Positions 29,901 to 39,555 of a DNA stretch of 64,000 nucleotides are shown one piece after another. The DNA comes from Oceanispirochaeta sp. (lineage in GTDB: Bacteria > Spirochaetota > Spirochaetia > DSM-2461). The number at the start of each line of letters is the position of its first letter. Positions within the stretch are counted from its first letter, which is position 1. The notes beneath the pieces are model-generated. The model was not told the DNA's origin and ran no database searches. It was given only the letters and a program-made list of their open reading frames with translations. The position numbers and the translations under genes were made by a program. Location of the stretch: contig CAXXXD010000004.1 in NCBI GenBank assembly GCA_963663385.2, forward strand, positions 448,001 to 512,000, in the 5' to 3' direction.

Positions 29901-31020
29901 ATTCATTCTGGATATCCCTGATTTTATCCAGAATGCTCAGAAAGATTTCAACAACATTCGGATCAAAATGCTTCCCCTTTTCTTTCCGGATAAGGGCGAG
30001 GCACTTCTCTTCCGGCCAGGGATCCTTGTATGGACGGCTGCTCCTGAGAGCATCGTATACATCGGCTACGGCAGTAATCCTGGCCTCTATGGGAATCTCT
30101 TCACCCTTCAGGCCCAGGGGATACCCCCCCCCGTCCCAGTGCTCGTGGTGGTTCAGGGCAATATTGGCCGCTGTTTGAATCAGTCTCCGCTCATGCAACC
30201 GGGGATCCGTTTCGACCCAGTTTATATCCGACCGGGAGAAGAAGTTGACGAAACGGTTCGATGTCAGAATTTTCTCCCCGTATTGGCAGTGCTTTTTCAT
30301 GGTTATCCACTCTTCTTCGGTAAGGCGGCCTTCCTTCAGAAGTATGCTGTCGGGTATCCCGATCTTTCCTATATCATGAACAGGGGAGGCAAGCTGCATA
30401 ATATGGATGCTTTCTTCGTCCCATCCCATGTGTCTGGCTATGCAGGCCGAAAATTCGGATACTCTCAGAAAATGGTCTCCCGTTTCGAAATCCCTGTATT
30501 CCGCCGCCTGGGAGAGGATTCCGATAATCTGTTTCCGGGATATGTCCAGCTGGCGGTTCCGGATTTCCAGTTCTCTTGTCCGCTCCTGTACCAGTTCTTC
30601 CAGGTGCTCCTTATAGAGGGTGTTTTCTTTAATCAGTCTGGCTTTTTCCAGTGATTTATCAATGGTATGACTCAGGATGGAAAGATCCTGAACTGGCTTT
30701 ATAAGATAGTCCCAGGCTCCCAGGCGAAGAGCATTTACGGCATCATCCAGCCTGTTGGCCCCGGATATGACTATTACAGGGATATTCAAACCCTTTTCTT
30801 TGATAAACTTCAGAACATCCAGTCCGTCTGCTTCGGGCATACGCAGATCAGTCAGAACAATCTGCGGTTTCTCCTTCTCTACCATTCTCATTCCGATAAG
30901 GCCGTTTTCTGCGGTTAGTACAGTAAACTCCCTGTCTTCCAGATAGTATGTGAAAACCTGACGGATAACAGGTTCGTCGTCAATTATTAATACTTTGATT
31001 TCGGATTCAGCTTCCTGCAT
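29890..31020 (-). CDS. Response regulator with HD-GYP c-di-GMP phosphodiesterase domain (RpfG-like)
   Basis: REC domain (IIDDE, TDLRMP, KP); HDIGKIG, HHEHWDGGGYP, ADVYDAL, RPYK. Confidence 0.93.
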   Translation of the reverse strand: MQEAESEIKVLIIDDEPVIRQVFTYYLEDREFTVLTAENGLIGMRMVEKEKPQIVLTDLRMPEADGLDVLKFIKEKGLNIPVIVISGANRLDDAVNALRLGAWDYLIKPVQDLSILSHTIDKSLEKARLIKENTLYKEHLEELVQERTRELEIRNRQLDISRKQIIGILSQAAEYRDFETGDHFLRVSEFSACIARHMGWDEESIHIMQLASPVHDIGKIGIPDSILLKEGRLTEEEWITMKKHCQYGEKILTSNRFVNFFSRSDINWVETDPRLHERRLIQTAANIALNHHEHWDGGGYPLGLKGEEIPIEARITAVADVYDALRSSRPYKDPWPEEKCLALIRKEKGKHFDPNVVEIFLSILDKIRDIQNEFNG

Positions 31021-31175
31021 ATAATAATTCTAGCTTATCTGCCCGATTACTGCGAGCAAAATTCCCCTGATATTGACACTTCCCGGTTTCTCCGGCGAAA
31101 GAGTATATTTACAGTATTTATACACTCGCTTATACTGCTGTTACTATGAATCAATACGAATAACTGGAGAAAATA

Positions 31176-31985
31176 ATGAAAAAAGGCTTGATTTTGTTTG
31201 TTGCCCTGGCTATCTGTTCTGCTGTGCTTTTTGCAGGGGGAAGTCAGGAGAGCGCATCCGGAGATAACTCTCTGTCCTATATTAAAGATAAGGGTGTTTT
31301 TGTACTCGGTCTGGATGACAGTTTCCCTCCCATGGGTTTTCGGGATGAGAATGGTGAAATTACCGGTTTTGATATAGACCTTGCCAGAGAAGTCTGTAAA
31401 AGAATGGGTGTGGAACTCAAGCTGCAGCCCATTGACTGGGATGCCAAGATTCTGGATCTGAACAGCCGGGATATTGATGTAATCTGGAACGGTCTGACTA
31501 TTACGGATGAGAGAAAAGAGAAAATCTCATTTTCCAAACCCTATATTGCCAATCGCCAGATTGTTATTGTACAGGCTTCCTCCGGTATCAGCACAAAAGC
31601 GGATCTGGCCGGGAAAAAAGTCGGCATCCAGCTCGGAAGCAGTGCGGACGATGCAGTAAACAGCGATGCTGAAACCCTGGCCACTCTGGATGAACTGGTT
31701 AAATTCCAGGACAACGTACAGGCTCTGATGGATCTGGAAGTCGGACGCATCGACGCTGTTGTTGTTGATGAAATTCTGGGGCGTTACTATATCTCGAAGA
31801 AAGCGGGTGTCTTCGCCGTTGCCGATGAAGCTTTTGCTGCCGAAGAGTACGGAATCGGCTTCCGGAAAGGCGAAGAGGCTTTTGTCGCCGAAGTTGACCG
31901 TATCCTGGACGAGATGGTAAAAGACGGTGCTGCCGCTGCTATCTCCAGCAAGTGGTTTGCTGACGACATCCTGATGCCCCGCTGA
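31176..31985 (+). CDS. Polar amino-acid ABC transporter substrate-binding protein
   Basis: GLDDSFPPMGF, GFDIDLA, IWNGLTITDER, EEYGIGFRK. Confidence 0.93.
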   Translation: MKKGLILFVALAICSAVLFAGGSQESASGDNSLSYIKDKGVFVLGLDDSFPPMGFRDENGEITGFDIDLAREVCKRMGVELKLQPIDWDAKILDLNSRDIDVIWNGLTITDERKEKISFSKPYIANRQIVIVQASSGISTKADLAGKKVGIQLGSSADDAVNSDAETLATLDELVKFQDNVQALMDLEVGRIDAVVVDEILGRYYISKKAGVFAVADEAFAAEEYGIGFRKGEEAFVAEVDRILDEMVKDGAAAAISSKWFADDILMPR

Positions 31986-32632
31986 TGGAATACCTGATAG
32001 ATTCAACGCAGTACATCCTCCTGGGCTGTACTGTTACGTTGAAACTCTTCTTTATCACCCTGATTGCTTCTCTCCCGCTGGGATTTATCTGCGCTATGGG
32101 AAAAACATCTCACTGGAGAGCTGTCAGGGTGGTGATGGAACTGTATACTTCCATTGTCAGGGGGACACCGCTTCTATTGCAGATCTTTTTTGTCTACTAC
32201 GGTCTCCCCATTCTGATTCCCGGCCTGCGTCTGGAGCGTTTCAATGCTGCGGCGCTTACTTTTGTACTGAATTACGGTGCCTATTTTACTGAAATCTTCC
32301 GGGGCGGGATTCAATCAATCGATCGGGGACAGTACGAAGCAGCCCGGGTCCTCGGGATGAACTATATCCAGACTATGGTCAGGATTATCCTGCCGCAGAC
32401 TTTTAAAAGGGTTCTGCCTCCCGTGGCAAACGAGGCTATCACCCTGGTAAAAGATACAGCCCTGATAGTCGTCCTGGGAATCGGCGATATCCTGCGCAAC
32501 TCCAAGGAGATTGTCGCCCGGGACTTTACAATCAGTCCCTTTGTTATCGCCGCCCTGATCTATCTGGCTATGAACTATCTGGTGGTTCTGTTCTTTAAAC
32601 GCCTGGAGAAGAGGTATTCCGTCTATGAATGA
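31985..32632 (+). CDS. Polar amino-acid ABC transporter permease
   Basis: [33 protein letters not shown]. Confidence 0.93.
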   Translation: MEYLIDSTQYILLGCTVTLKLFFITLIASLPLGFICAMGKTSHWRAVRVVMELYTSIVRGTPLLLQIFFVYYGLPILIPGLRLERFNAAALTFVLNYGAYFTEIFRGGIQSIDRGQYEAARVLGMNYIQTMVRIILPQTFKRVLPPVANEAITLVKDTALIVVLGIGDILRNSKEIVARDFTISPFVIAALIYLAMNYLVVLFFKRLEKRYSVYE

Positions 32633-33374
32633 TATGATTGTTCTCAAGGATCTCAGAAAATCCTTTGGAAACCTTGAGGTTCTGAAAGGGGTGGATCTTA
32701 CTGTCAGAAAGGGGGAAATCATCTCTGTAATCGGGCCTTCCGGGTCGGGCAAGAGTACCCTGCTCCGTACCCTGATTCATCTGGAGAAAGCATCGGGCGG
32801 TGAAATCTCCATAGAGGGAGAACAGACCCTGACTCAGTCGGGCAGGCATATCTCAGAAGCTCAGGTCAGGCACCGCTGCCGCAAACTGGGAATGGTTTTT
32901 CAGAATTTCAATCTTTTTCCTCACAAAACCGCTCTGGAAAACATAATTGAAGCTCCCGTAACGGTTTTAAAGAAGGATAAGGATGAGGCCGTTCGCAAAG
33001 CTGAGGTGCTTCTGGCTAAAGTAGGCCTTACAGAAAAACGGGATACCTATCCCTACTACCTTTCGGGCGGACAGAAACAGCGTGTGGCTATTGCCCGGGC
33101 ATTGGCGATGGAGCCGGATATCATGCTCTTTGACGAGCCTACCAGCGCTCTGGATCCCGAATTGATCGGTGAGGTCCTGGCGGTTATCAAGGACCTGGCG
33201 TCAGAGCATATGACCATGCTTATCGTCACCCACGAAATGGGTTTTGCCAGGGAAGTCTCGGACCGGGTCGTGTTTATGGACGAAGGCAGGATTCTGGAAG
33301 ACGCCTCTCCCGAGAAGATTTTTACCAATCCCGATCACCCGCGGATTAAAATGTTTCTTGATAAGATGCTCTAG
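32625..33374 (+). CDS. Polar amino-acid ABC transporter ATPase
   Basis: [42 protein letters not shown]. Confidence 0.95.
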   Translation: MNDMIVLKDLRKSFGNLEVLKGVDLTVRKGEIISVIGPSGSGKSTLLRTLIHLEKASGGEISIEGEQTLTQSGRHISEAQVRHRCRKLGMVFQNFNLFPHKTALENIIEAPVTVLKKDKDEAVRKAEVLLAKVGLTEKRDTYPYYLSGGQKQRVAIARALAMEPDIMLFDEPTSALDPELIGEVLAVIKDLASEHMTMLIVTHEMGFAREVSDRVVFMDEGRILEDASPEKIFTNPDHPRIKMFLDKML

Positions 33375-33610
33375 TGTCTGTTTATGGCTGATATTTACTG
33401 ATACTGGTCTGTATCAGCCTGCCTTCTATTCTCTGTTCATCTTCTCTGTAATCACAGGGGCATGAAATCCCTGAAAATTAACCCCGGCGGCTTCTTTTGG
33501 AATGCCTGTTTAAGTCCTTTGAAAAAAAAGCAAAGCAGCAAAAAAAAGACGTGATTTGTGAGCCTGATGTATTATAATATGAGGATATTGTTAGAACAGA
33601 AGGAGCCTTA

Positions 33611-34153
33611 ATGGCCAGGATATATCAGTTTCCCCATGATAAGCTTGAGTTGGATCTGTCCGCCCTGGCGGCGGGAGATCTGGCATATGATATTTTCCAG
33701 TTTCCCAAAAGCTGGATTCAGAAATCTTCCTGCAGTGAAGAAGATAAAAAGGACCTCCTTCCGGTTTTTGTCGATATTTTTTCTCTCCATCACCATTTTC
33801 AGGATGGGGGGGTACTGTCTCTTGAAAAAGAACTGCCTCTAATTCATCACAGTTTTCTGGGGGAAGGGATTCAAATGCTTCTTAACGGGACCTCTCCGGA
33901 AGAAATTGATCACAGGATGACAGGGAAGATCCGTTCGAGTCTCTGTTCCGGACGAAATCTGCTGGAAAAATTATTAATCAGAACGGGAATTCTCAGTATG
34001 GCAGTCGGGAATCTTCCCGGTACCACTCATACCCTTCTGATGGACCTTTTTGACTTTGAGGACCCGACTTGTGTTGTCGATATCCTTTTAAATGCTCTCA
34101 TGGGCAACGGACGGTCTGAGCAGGCTGAGATAATCCCTTTTGAATCCTGCTGA
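33611..34153 (+). CDS. Soluble protein resembling the cytoplasmic portion of flagellar stator MotA
   Basis: GVLSLEKEL..IHHSFLGEGIQMLLNGTSPEEI and LI.TGILSM..G..P; no TM segments; AAGGAG RBS. Confidence 0.55.
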   Translation: MARIYQFPHDKLELDLSALAAGDLAYDIFQFPKSWIQKSSCSEEDKKDLLPVFVDIFSLHHHFQDGGVLSLEKELPLIHHSFLGEGIQMLLNGTSPEEIDHRMTGKIRSSLCSGRNLLEKLLIRTGILSMAVGNLPGTTHTLLMDLFDFEDPTCVVDILLNALMGNGRSEQAEIIPFESC

Positions 34154-34165
34154 TATTTTCTCTTA

Positions 34166-35464
34166 TTAATTCAATTCCCCTGTCGTATCAAGGTAGAGCA
34201 TACCCCATCCTCTTTGAAGGTACTTGAGGGTCGTCAGTTTGAATTCTCTTTTTGTATTTGTAAGCTCAAGCCCCAACCTGATCTCCTCCCTACGGGAATC
34301 CTCAACCATCTTGATCTCTGCGGCTCTTATATATTCCTGTTTCTGACTTTTTATCACCCTGTAGGAACGTCTGCGGTAGGGGGTCCCGGCCATTCCCGTC
34401 ATATGAATCATCTTCAACCGGTTAAGAGGCCTTTCCCTGTAGGAGAGGAATCCTGAAGGGAGTTTTTCATCTGTTCCGTTCAGAATCTCAACCGGTCCCA
34501 GGGTCGGACTTACAGTGGCAAACAGTTCCCGCAGCTTGTAGGAGGTGGGCCATGTTCCCGATGTGGTATTGCGAAGGGTGTTCAGGATAATGGGAAGACC
34601 GGAAAATCGTGTGGAGCCTGATGTAATCTGAGGGGCTCCATCCTTTACCATATTCAGGCATAACCCATCCTCTCCCCAGGGAAGCATGGCTATGAATGTA
34701 TTCACGCCATGAGTCCGGGAGGCCCCTTTTAACAGCTGTGTCTGCCCGGATTGCCATAACAGGAGCGGGTTGGCCTCTATTGTTTCTCGGTTTCGGATGT
34801 AGCCATCCCCGCAGCAGAACAGAAGGGGTTTTTCCGGCAGGACGGAAGATATCTCGTTCCATTGTCCGGACAGGGGCTGTTTAAGCACAGTATTGATTAA
34901 CAGCTTATTCTCTTTTACAAGATAGGGCTGGTAATCTTCGACTTCCGGTGTAATGAAGTGAAAGGCTCCGGATTTTACCCTCTCCAGGCTTCGGGCCAGA
35001 TCTTCCTCCAGATCCGGCTTCAGGGGCGAGTAGTAGGCATTTATGGCAATCTCCCTGATCCCTTTTTTCTGAAATCCCTCCAGAAGCTTTTTTGCTTCTT
35101 TATTGCAATCCTCCCGGATATAGGCCAGTGTCAGACTGCACCCGGAAGACCCCACCCTGTTCATAAACTGCATCGGGGCCGAATAATCTCTACTGAGCTG
35201 AAGGTAGGCAATCTTTCTGTCGGGGTCTTTGACGAGACGGGAAAAGAGGCCCTGAATTTCATTCAGAATGATAACGGCTTTTATCTGGGATAAATTCAGT
35301 TTGTGATAACACAGAAAATCCTGAATAAAACAGGGAAGAGGCAAATCCTTCTTTCTTTCTCTTTCGCGGGAGTAGAATATCATCCCGTTTATTCCAAAGC
35401 CGATCTGTAATGTTTCATCTCTGAGGATGAGATACAGATAGCCCTTAAAAGTAATAGGATTCAT
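34166..35464 (-). CDS. Degenerate hydantoinase/oxoprolinase A-like protein lacking ATP-binding motifs
   Basis: Colinear by eye with 40636-42189 (IAINAYYSPL/VAITSVFSPV; ENKLLIN/ENATILN; GDG...P.L...G....KGAS); start placed at the ATG with a GGAG RBS. Confidence 0.65.
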   Translation of the reverse strand: MNPITFKGYLYLILRDETLQIGFGINGMIFYSRERERKKDLPLPCFIQDFLCYHKLNLSQIKAVIILNEIQGLFSRLVKDPDRKIAYLQLSRDYSAPMQFMNRVGSSGCSLTLAYIREDCNKEAKKLLEGFQKKGIREIAINAYYSPLKPDLEEDLARSLERVKSGAFHFITPEVEDYQPYLVKENKLLINTVLKQPLSGQWNEISSVLPEKPLLFCCGDGYIRNRETIEANPLLLWQSGQTQLLKGASRTHGVNTFIAMLPWGEDGLCLNMVKDGAPQITSGSTRFSGLPIILNTLRNTTSGTWPTSYKLRELFATVSPTLGPVEILNGTDEKLPSGFLSYRERPLNRLKMIHMTGMAGTPYRRRSYRVIKSQKQEYIRAAEIKMVEDSRREEIRLGLELTNTKREFKLTTLKYLQRGWGMLYLDTTGELN

Positions 35465-36536
35465 ATAAGCGCTCCAGAGGGATATATTCATTGTTGTATC
35501 CGAAACATCCCGGTCCTATAAGATCCAGCATGGATCGGCTTTTTAACCGTACCGGAGCGGGTATACTCAGAACGGCAACTTTCATTCCCCTGTTCAGCTC
35601 ATGCTGCGATACAATCCTCAGAGTGCTGATATCTATCAGGCAGATAAGATCGGGTACCATTACAGCAATATTCCTGTCCCTGAAACCGATCAGGTATTCA
35701 TTCTGCAGAAGGATGGTAAAGCGGGATTTTTTGTAATTCCCGACACCTTCTATATTGAATTCCTGCCAGTTATGTTCTGTTCTGGCGGGTCTGTCTTTGA
35801 CCGTTCCTATAAACAGTTCGACAATACTTCCGTACTGGGAGTTCTTGGAGGTATTCAGGAGGCTCTCAAACAGCTCGCTATAGGATTTTTTATTGAGAAA
35901 ACAGCTCCCGATTCTATAGAGAAAAGAGATTGTTTCTGGAATCAGGCATTTTTTCAGGATTTTTTCAGTTGTACTGAATCCGGCAAAATAGGCTACCCCT
36001 GCCTCATCACTGACAATTTCCCTTGACTTAACCTCAAATAACAGGTTGTTCAGGTCCTCAAAGGCAAAATAATTCCCCCCGGGGGTCATAATGGAAAAGG
36101 GGGTCATTTTGATTCCGGCAGACTGGGCGGTGGTCATCTGAAACTCCGGAAAGGCCCTGGCCATGCAGTCGCCGTCTATTAAAGGTACACCCTTCATGGA
36201 CGCCAGGAGAACCGGGTAGAGGACATTGATGCTGGCGGCTTCGAGTGTGAATAAACCGTCTATGCTGCAGTCGTTCTCCCGGGAAAACCTCTCCAGTACC
36301 TGCAGTCCCTCATTTCCCGTAGGAGGGTGGGCTTCCATCATGCTCCCCATAATTCCCGTTGTGGCATACCCTTTTTCCGCATCAAGTTCATTTATATTTA
36401 AAAGAGGAACTTTGACTTTTCTTAATCTGTCCGTTAAAAGCTGAATAAGAATCTCTATCTGTTCTCCTCCGCCGCAGCTGGTTAAAAGTGATCCGTAGTA
36501 GAGCGGTCTGATCCAGGATTCATCAATTAATTGCAT
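35445..36536 (-). CDS. Divergent DUF917 family protein
   Basis: SCGGGE, DGDCMARAFPEFQMTT, LQNEYL, VPDLIC. Confidence 0.85.
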   Translation of the reverse strand: MQLIDESWIRPLYYGSLLTSCGGGEQIEILIQLLTDRLRKVKVPLLNINELDAEKGYATTGIMGSMMEAHPPTGNEGLQVLERFSRENDCSIDGLFTLEAASINVLYPVLLASMKGVPLIDGDCMARAFPEFQMTTAQSAGIKMTPFSIMTPGGNYFAFEDLNNLLFEVKSREIVSDEAGVAYFAGFSTTEKILKKCLIPETISFLYRIGSCFLNKKSYSELFESLLNTSKNSQYGSIVELFIGTVKDRPARTEHNWQEFNIEGVGNYKKSRFTILLQNEYLIGFRDRNIAVMVPDLICLIDISTLRIVSQHELNRGMKVAVLSIPAPVRLKSRSMLDLIGPGCFGYNNEYIPLERLYESYYF

Positions 36537-38119
36537 TATATATCCTCCTCGGATAAGCGTCGGTAGAGGGTCGCAAGGCTGATGCCTAGGTGCCTGGCCA
36601 TGGCTTTTTTCCCGTCTGTGGTCTCTCCGTAAGTCTGGAGAAGAGATACCAGCTCTTCATGGGAAATCCGGTTCTTTTTCCTCCTCTGTACTGTTTTTTC
36701 CGCTGCGGCTTTTTTCCGCGGATGAAAGAGGATGGCCGGAGGGAGATCCTCTTTTTCTATCAGCTCGCCAGGGGTTATGGTCATGCAGTACTGGATCGTA
36801 TTTTCCAGTTCTCTTGTATTCCCCGGCCAGTCGTAATTTTTCAGTGTTTCCATGGCCTCATGGGAGAGGTATTTGAATGAGCCCATTGCGCAGGCATACT
36901 TCCGTATAAAATAGTGGGCCAGTTTCTCGACTTCCTCCCTGTGTTCTCTCAGGCTTGGGAGGTTCAGGGGAATGACATTCAACCTGTAATAGAGGTCGCT
37001 TCTAAAACGGCTGTCTTCGATAAACTGTTCCAGATTCTTATGGGTGGCGCTGATAAAACGGACATCTGCCCTGATTGTTCTATGCCCGCCCAGGGGTTCG
37101 AACTCTTTTGTCTGAATAACCCTGAGCAGCTTTGCCTGGAGGGCAGGGGTCATATCCCCGATCTCATCCAGAAATACAGTACCCCCGTGGGCTATTTCCA
37201 GTTTACCCTTTCTTCCTCCCGAATCGGCACCGGTAAAAGCGCCTCTTTCATATCCGAAGAGTTCACTCTCCAGCAGGGCTTCCGGGATTGCCGCACAGTT
37301 TATGGCTACAAAGGGGTATTCCTTGCGCAGGGATACATTGTGGATGGCCCTGGCAAACTGTTCTTTTCCTGTCCCGCTTTCTCCTCTGATCAGTATGGAA
37401 GAGTCTGTAACGGCGGCCCTCACAGCTATGCTGATACAGTGTCTGAGCTGGGGGCTGTCTCCAATGATCTTCTGAAACCCGGAAGCTTTTTTGATGGCCG
37501 TATCAATACCGTTTGCTGTTTCTCCGGAAAAAGGGGTCCCCAGAATCATCCGGCCGATAAATGTATCTTCCCTGTAAAAATTATAGAGCCGGAGTTTGAG
37601 GGGGGATGTCCCGCCCAGCAGTATGGTATAGCTTTCGGAGGTCTCAATATTTTTGTCCTCCGATTCGGCGCAGTAATCGAAAAACCTTTCGGATAAATGC
37701 CATTTCCGGGCCGTCGGATTTTCATAATGGAGGATATTTCCTTTTTGAAGCAGTACAATACCTTTTTCACTCTCATTTGCTATTACTTCGATAACCTGGC
37801 TGAAGTAATGATTTTTCCAGTGTTCGATTCTGATCTCTTCCTGTTCTGTCAGGAGGCGACTGCAGAAAAGAAGGTGGCTTATTTCCTTTGAGGATTTGTT
37901 TTCCATATCCAGCCGGTTGTTGAAACTCCAATAGACAGAGTATTCCGAGGCGGTCAGGGTTGGGGGGACAAACAGGCTCCCCGTATCGCTGCTGACCGAA
38001 ACTGAGGTTTCAGCCCTCTCATGGGCAGTTGCTTTCCGAACTTTAATGCGGCAGTCGAAATATCGTTCCAGAGAATACCGGGTTTCCTGATTCATTGGTT
38101 TATCATAACTTATTTGCAT
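36536..38119 (-). CDS. Sigma54-dependent transcriptional activator (AAA+, Fis-type HTH)
   Basis: GESGTGKE, ESELFG, intact GAFTGA, FLDEIG, WPGNTREL, GISLATLYRR. Confidence 0.93.
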   Translation of the reverse strand: MQISYDKPMNQETRYSLERYFDCRIKVRKATAHERAETSVSVSSDTGSLFVPPTLTASEYSVYWSFNNRLDMENKSSKEISHLLFCSRLLTEQEEIRIEHWKNHYFSQVIEVIANESEKGIVLLQKGNILHYENPTARKWHLSERFFDYCAESEDKNIETSESYTILLGGTSPLKLRLYNFYREDTFIGRMILGTPFSGETANGIDTAIKKASGFQKIIGDSPQLRHCISIAVRAAVTDSSILIRGESGTGKEQFARAIHNVSLRKEYPFVAINCAAIPEALLESELFGYERGAFTGADSGGRKGKLEIAHGGTVFLDEIGDMTPALQAKLLRVIQTKEFEPLGGHRTIRADVRFISATHKNLEQFIEDSRFRSDLYYRLNVIPLNLPSLREHREEVEKLAHYFIRKYACAMGSFKYLSHEAMETLKNYDWPGNTRELENTIQYCMTITPGELIEKEDLPPAILFHPRKKAAAEKTVQRRKKNRISHEELVSLLQTYGETTDGKKAMARHLGISLATLYRRLSEEDI

Positions 38120-38123
38120 TATT

Positions 38124-38173
38124 TTCTCAAATATAGGTTTAATTTGGAAATGAGAAAAATGAGAAATTTGATA
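38124..38173. promoter_or_regulatory. Candidate enhancer (UAS) for the sigma54 activator
   Basis: TTCTCAAAT (38124), tandem AAATGAGAA x2 (38148-38165) and a further TTGATA half-site. Confidence 0.45.
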
Positions 38174-38213
38174 ATTTTAAGGTTGAAACCCCTGCTTTTG
38201 CAGGAAATAACAG

Positions 38214-38230
38214 TTGGCATGTTATTTGTA
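38214..38230 (+). promoter_or_regulatory. Sigma54 -24/-12 promoter of the permease-DUF917-hydantoinase operon
   Basis: TTGGCAT-GTTAT-TTGTA; canonical spacing with GT instead of GC at -12. Confidence 0.7.
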
Positions 38231-38268
38231 TTAAGAGATTCCCAAGAAAAAAACGTGAGGTATTATTT

Positions 38269-39555
38269 ATGTCAAAACAGGATAAGGAAGGATTTGTAGA
38301 ACAGCATGCCCTTGATCAGATACCTGTGAACCAGAGAAAGAGCTGGCTGAGTATCGCCCTTATATGGGCCGGCGCTATGATCAGTGTTACATCCCTGATG
38401 GTCGGGGGAGCCCTGGTTTCCGGACTCACTCTCGGGAGGGCAATAGGGGCTGGTGTTGCAGGTTATCTGATCATTATGGCCTTTATGGTTTTTCAGGGGA
38501 TGCAGGGGGCTGACCTGGGCCGCCCGACTGTTGTAAATGCGGAATCGTCCTTCGGGAAACAGGGCGCCGGATTTGTTATTTCCTTTGTGCTGGGAGTCTC
38601 TGTAATGGGTTGGTTCGCCGTACAGACCTCTGTTGCGGGAGCTGCTTTTTCCGGTTTTATAGCAGAAATGGGCGGGTCCTTTCCCCTGTGGCTCTCCTCT
38701 CTTATCTGGGGGACAGTGATGCTGGTTACGGCCATTATGGGAATCAGGGCACTGGCGTATCTGAACTATATTGCTGTGCCGGCTCTGATTATTCTGGCGG
38801 TTGCAGGGACTGCAATGGCATTCAGGCAGTATGGCATTGAAGGTCTCTCTTCTGTGCAGCCGGCCGCCCCCTTTCCGTTTTTTAACGGTGTGGCTATTGC
38901 GGTAGGCGGTTTCGCGGTTGGCGGCGTTATTGCCGCTGACTACTCCCGTTATGCCAGAGACCGGAAAGGTTCCATGCTCTCTTCTGTTGTCGGTGTTCTG
39001 CCTCTCGGTATTATACTGATTGCCTCCGGGGCTGTTATGGCTGTAGTAGCCGGAACATACGATATAACTGCTGTTATATCCTCTCTGGGGTTTCCTGTTC
39101 TGGGGTTTCTCACTCTGATCCTGGCGACATGGACGACAAATGCCGTAAACGCCTATTCCGGAGGACTGGCTATTACCAGTATGTTTAACCTGGACAGCAG
39201 CAAAAGGGCTTTTGCCACGGCTGTAGCCGGAGGTATCGGAACGATTCTTGCGGTTCTGGGGTTCATCAGCCATTTTATCTCCTTCCTGACTGTTCTGACA
39301 GCAGGTATAACTCCCATTGCCGGTGTTATGATTGCCGATTACTGGATCAGGAACAGGGGGAACGCGGAGAACTGGGCTCCCGCAGAAGGGATTCACTGGG
39401 CCGGGATTACTGCCTGGCTGGCTGGAACATTTACCGGTTTGTTTTTTAAATGGGGAAGCAGCGCGATCAATGCCATTGTCGTGTCCGGTGTCTGTTTTCT
39501 GGTTCTGACTCTTATTGCCGATAAAAAGGAGAAACTGGCTGATGCGAATTCTTGA
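38269..39555 (+). CDS. NCS1 / cytosine-purine permease family transporter
   Basis: Many TM segments; GWFAVQT, ADYSRYA, WTTNAVNAYS, PIAGVMIADYW. Confidence 0.92.
   Translation: MSKQDKEGFVEQHALDQIPVNQRKSWLSIALIWAGAMISVTSLMVGGALVSGLTLGRAIGAGVAGYLIIMAFMVFQGMQGADLGRPTVVNAESSFGKQGAGFVISFVLGVSVMGWFAVQTSVAGAAFSGFIAEMGGSFPLWLSSLIWGTVMLVTAIMGIRALAYLNYIAVPALIILAVAGTAMAFRQYGIEGLSSVQPAAPFPFFNGVAIAVGGFAVGGVIAADYSRYARDRKGSMLSSVVGVLPLGIILIASGAVMAVVAGTYDITAVISSLGFPVLGFLTLILATWTTNAVNAYSGGLAITSMFNLDSSKRAFATAVAGGIGTILAVLGFISHFISFLTVLTAGITPIAGVMIADYWIRNRGNAENWAPAEGIHWAGITAWLAGTFTGLFFKWGSSAINAIVVSGVCFLVLTLIADKKEKLADANS

Noticed and set aside
31100..31165. ARG boxes upstream of the amino-acid ABC operon
   Set aside because: Only weak partial matches in AT-rich sequence
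35390..35418. Out-of-frame ATG (MKHYR..) suggesting a frameshifted start of the degenerate hydantoinase-like gene
   Set aside because: An in-frame ATG at 35464 with a GGAG RBS explains translation without a frameshift; a read check is still advisable
38272..39396. Long antisense ORFs (also 6372-7208, 11589-12467, 48917-49897, 57479-58342)
   Set aside because: They lie opposite well-supported genes and have no motifs or RBS; codon-bias shadows
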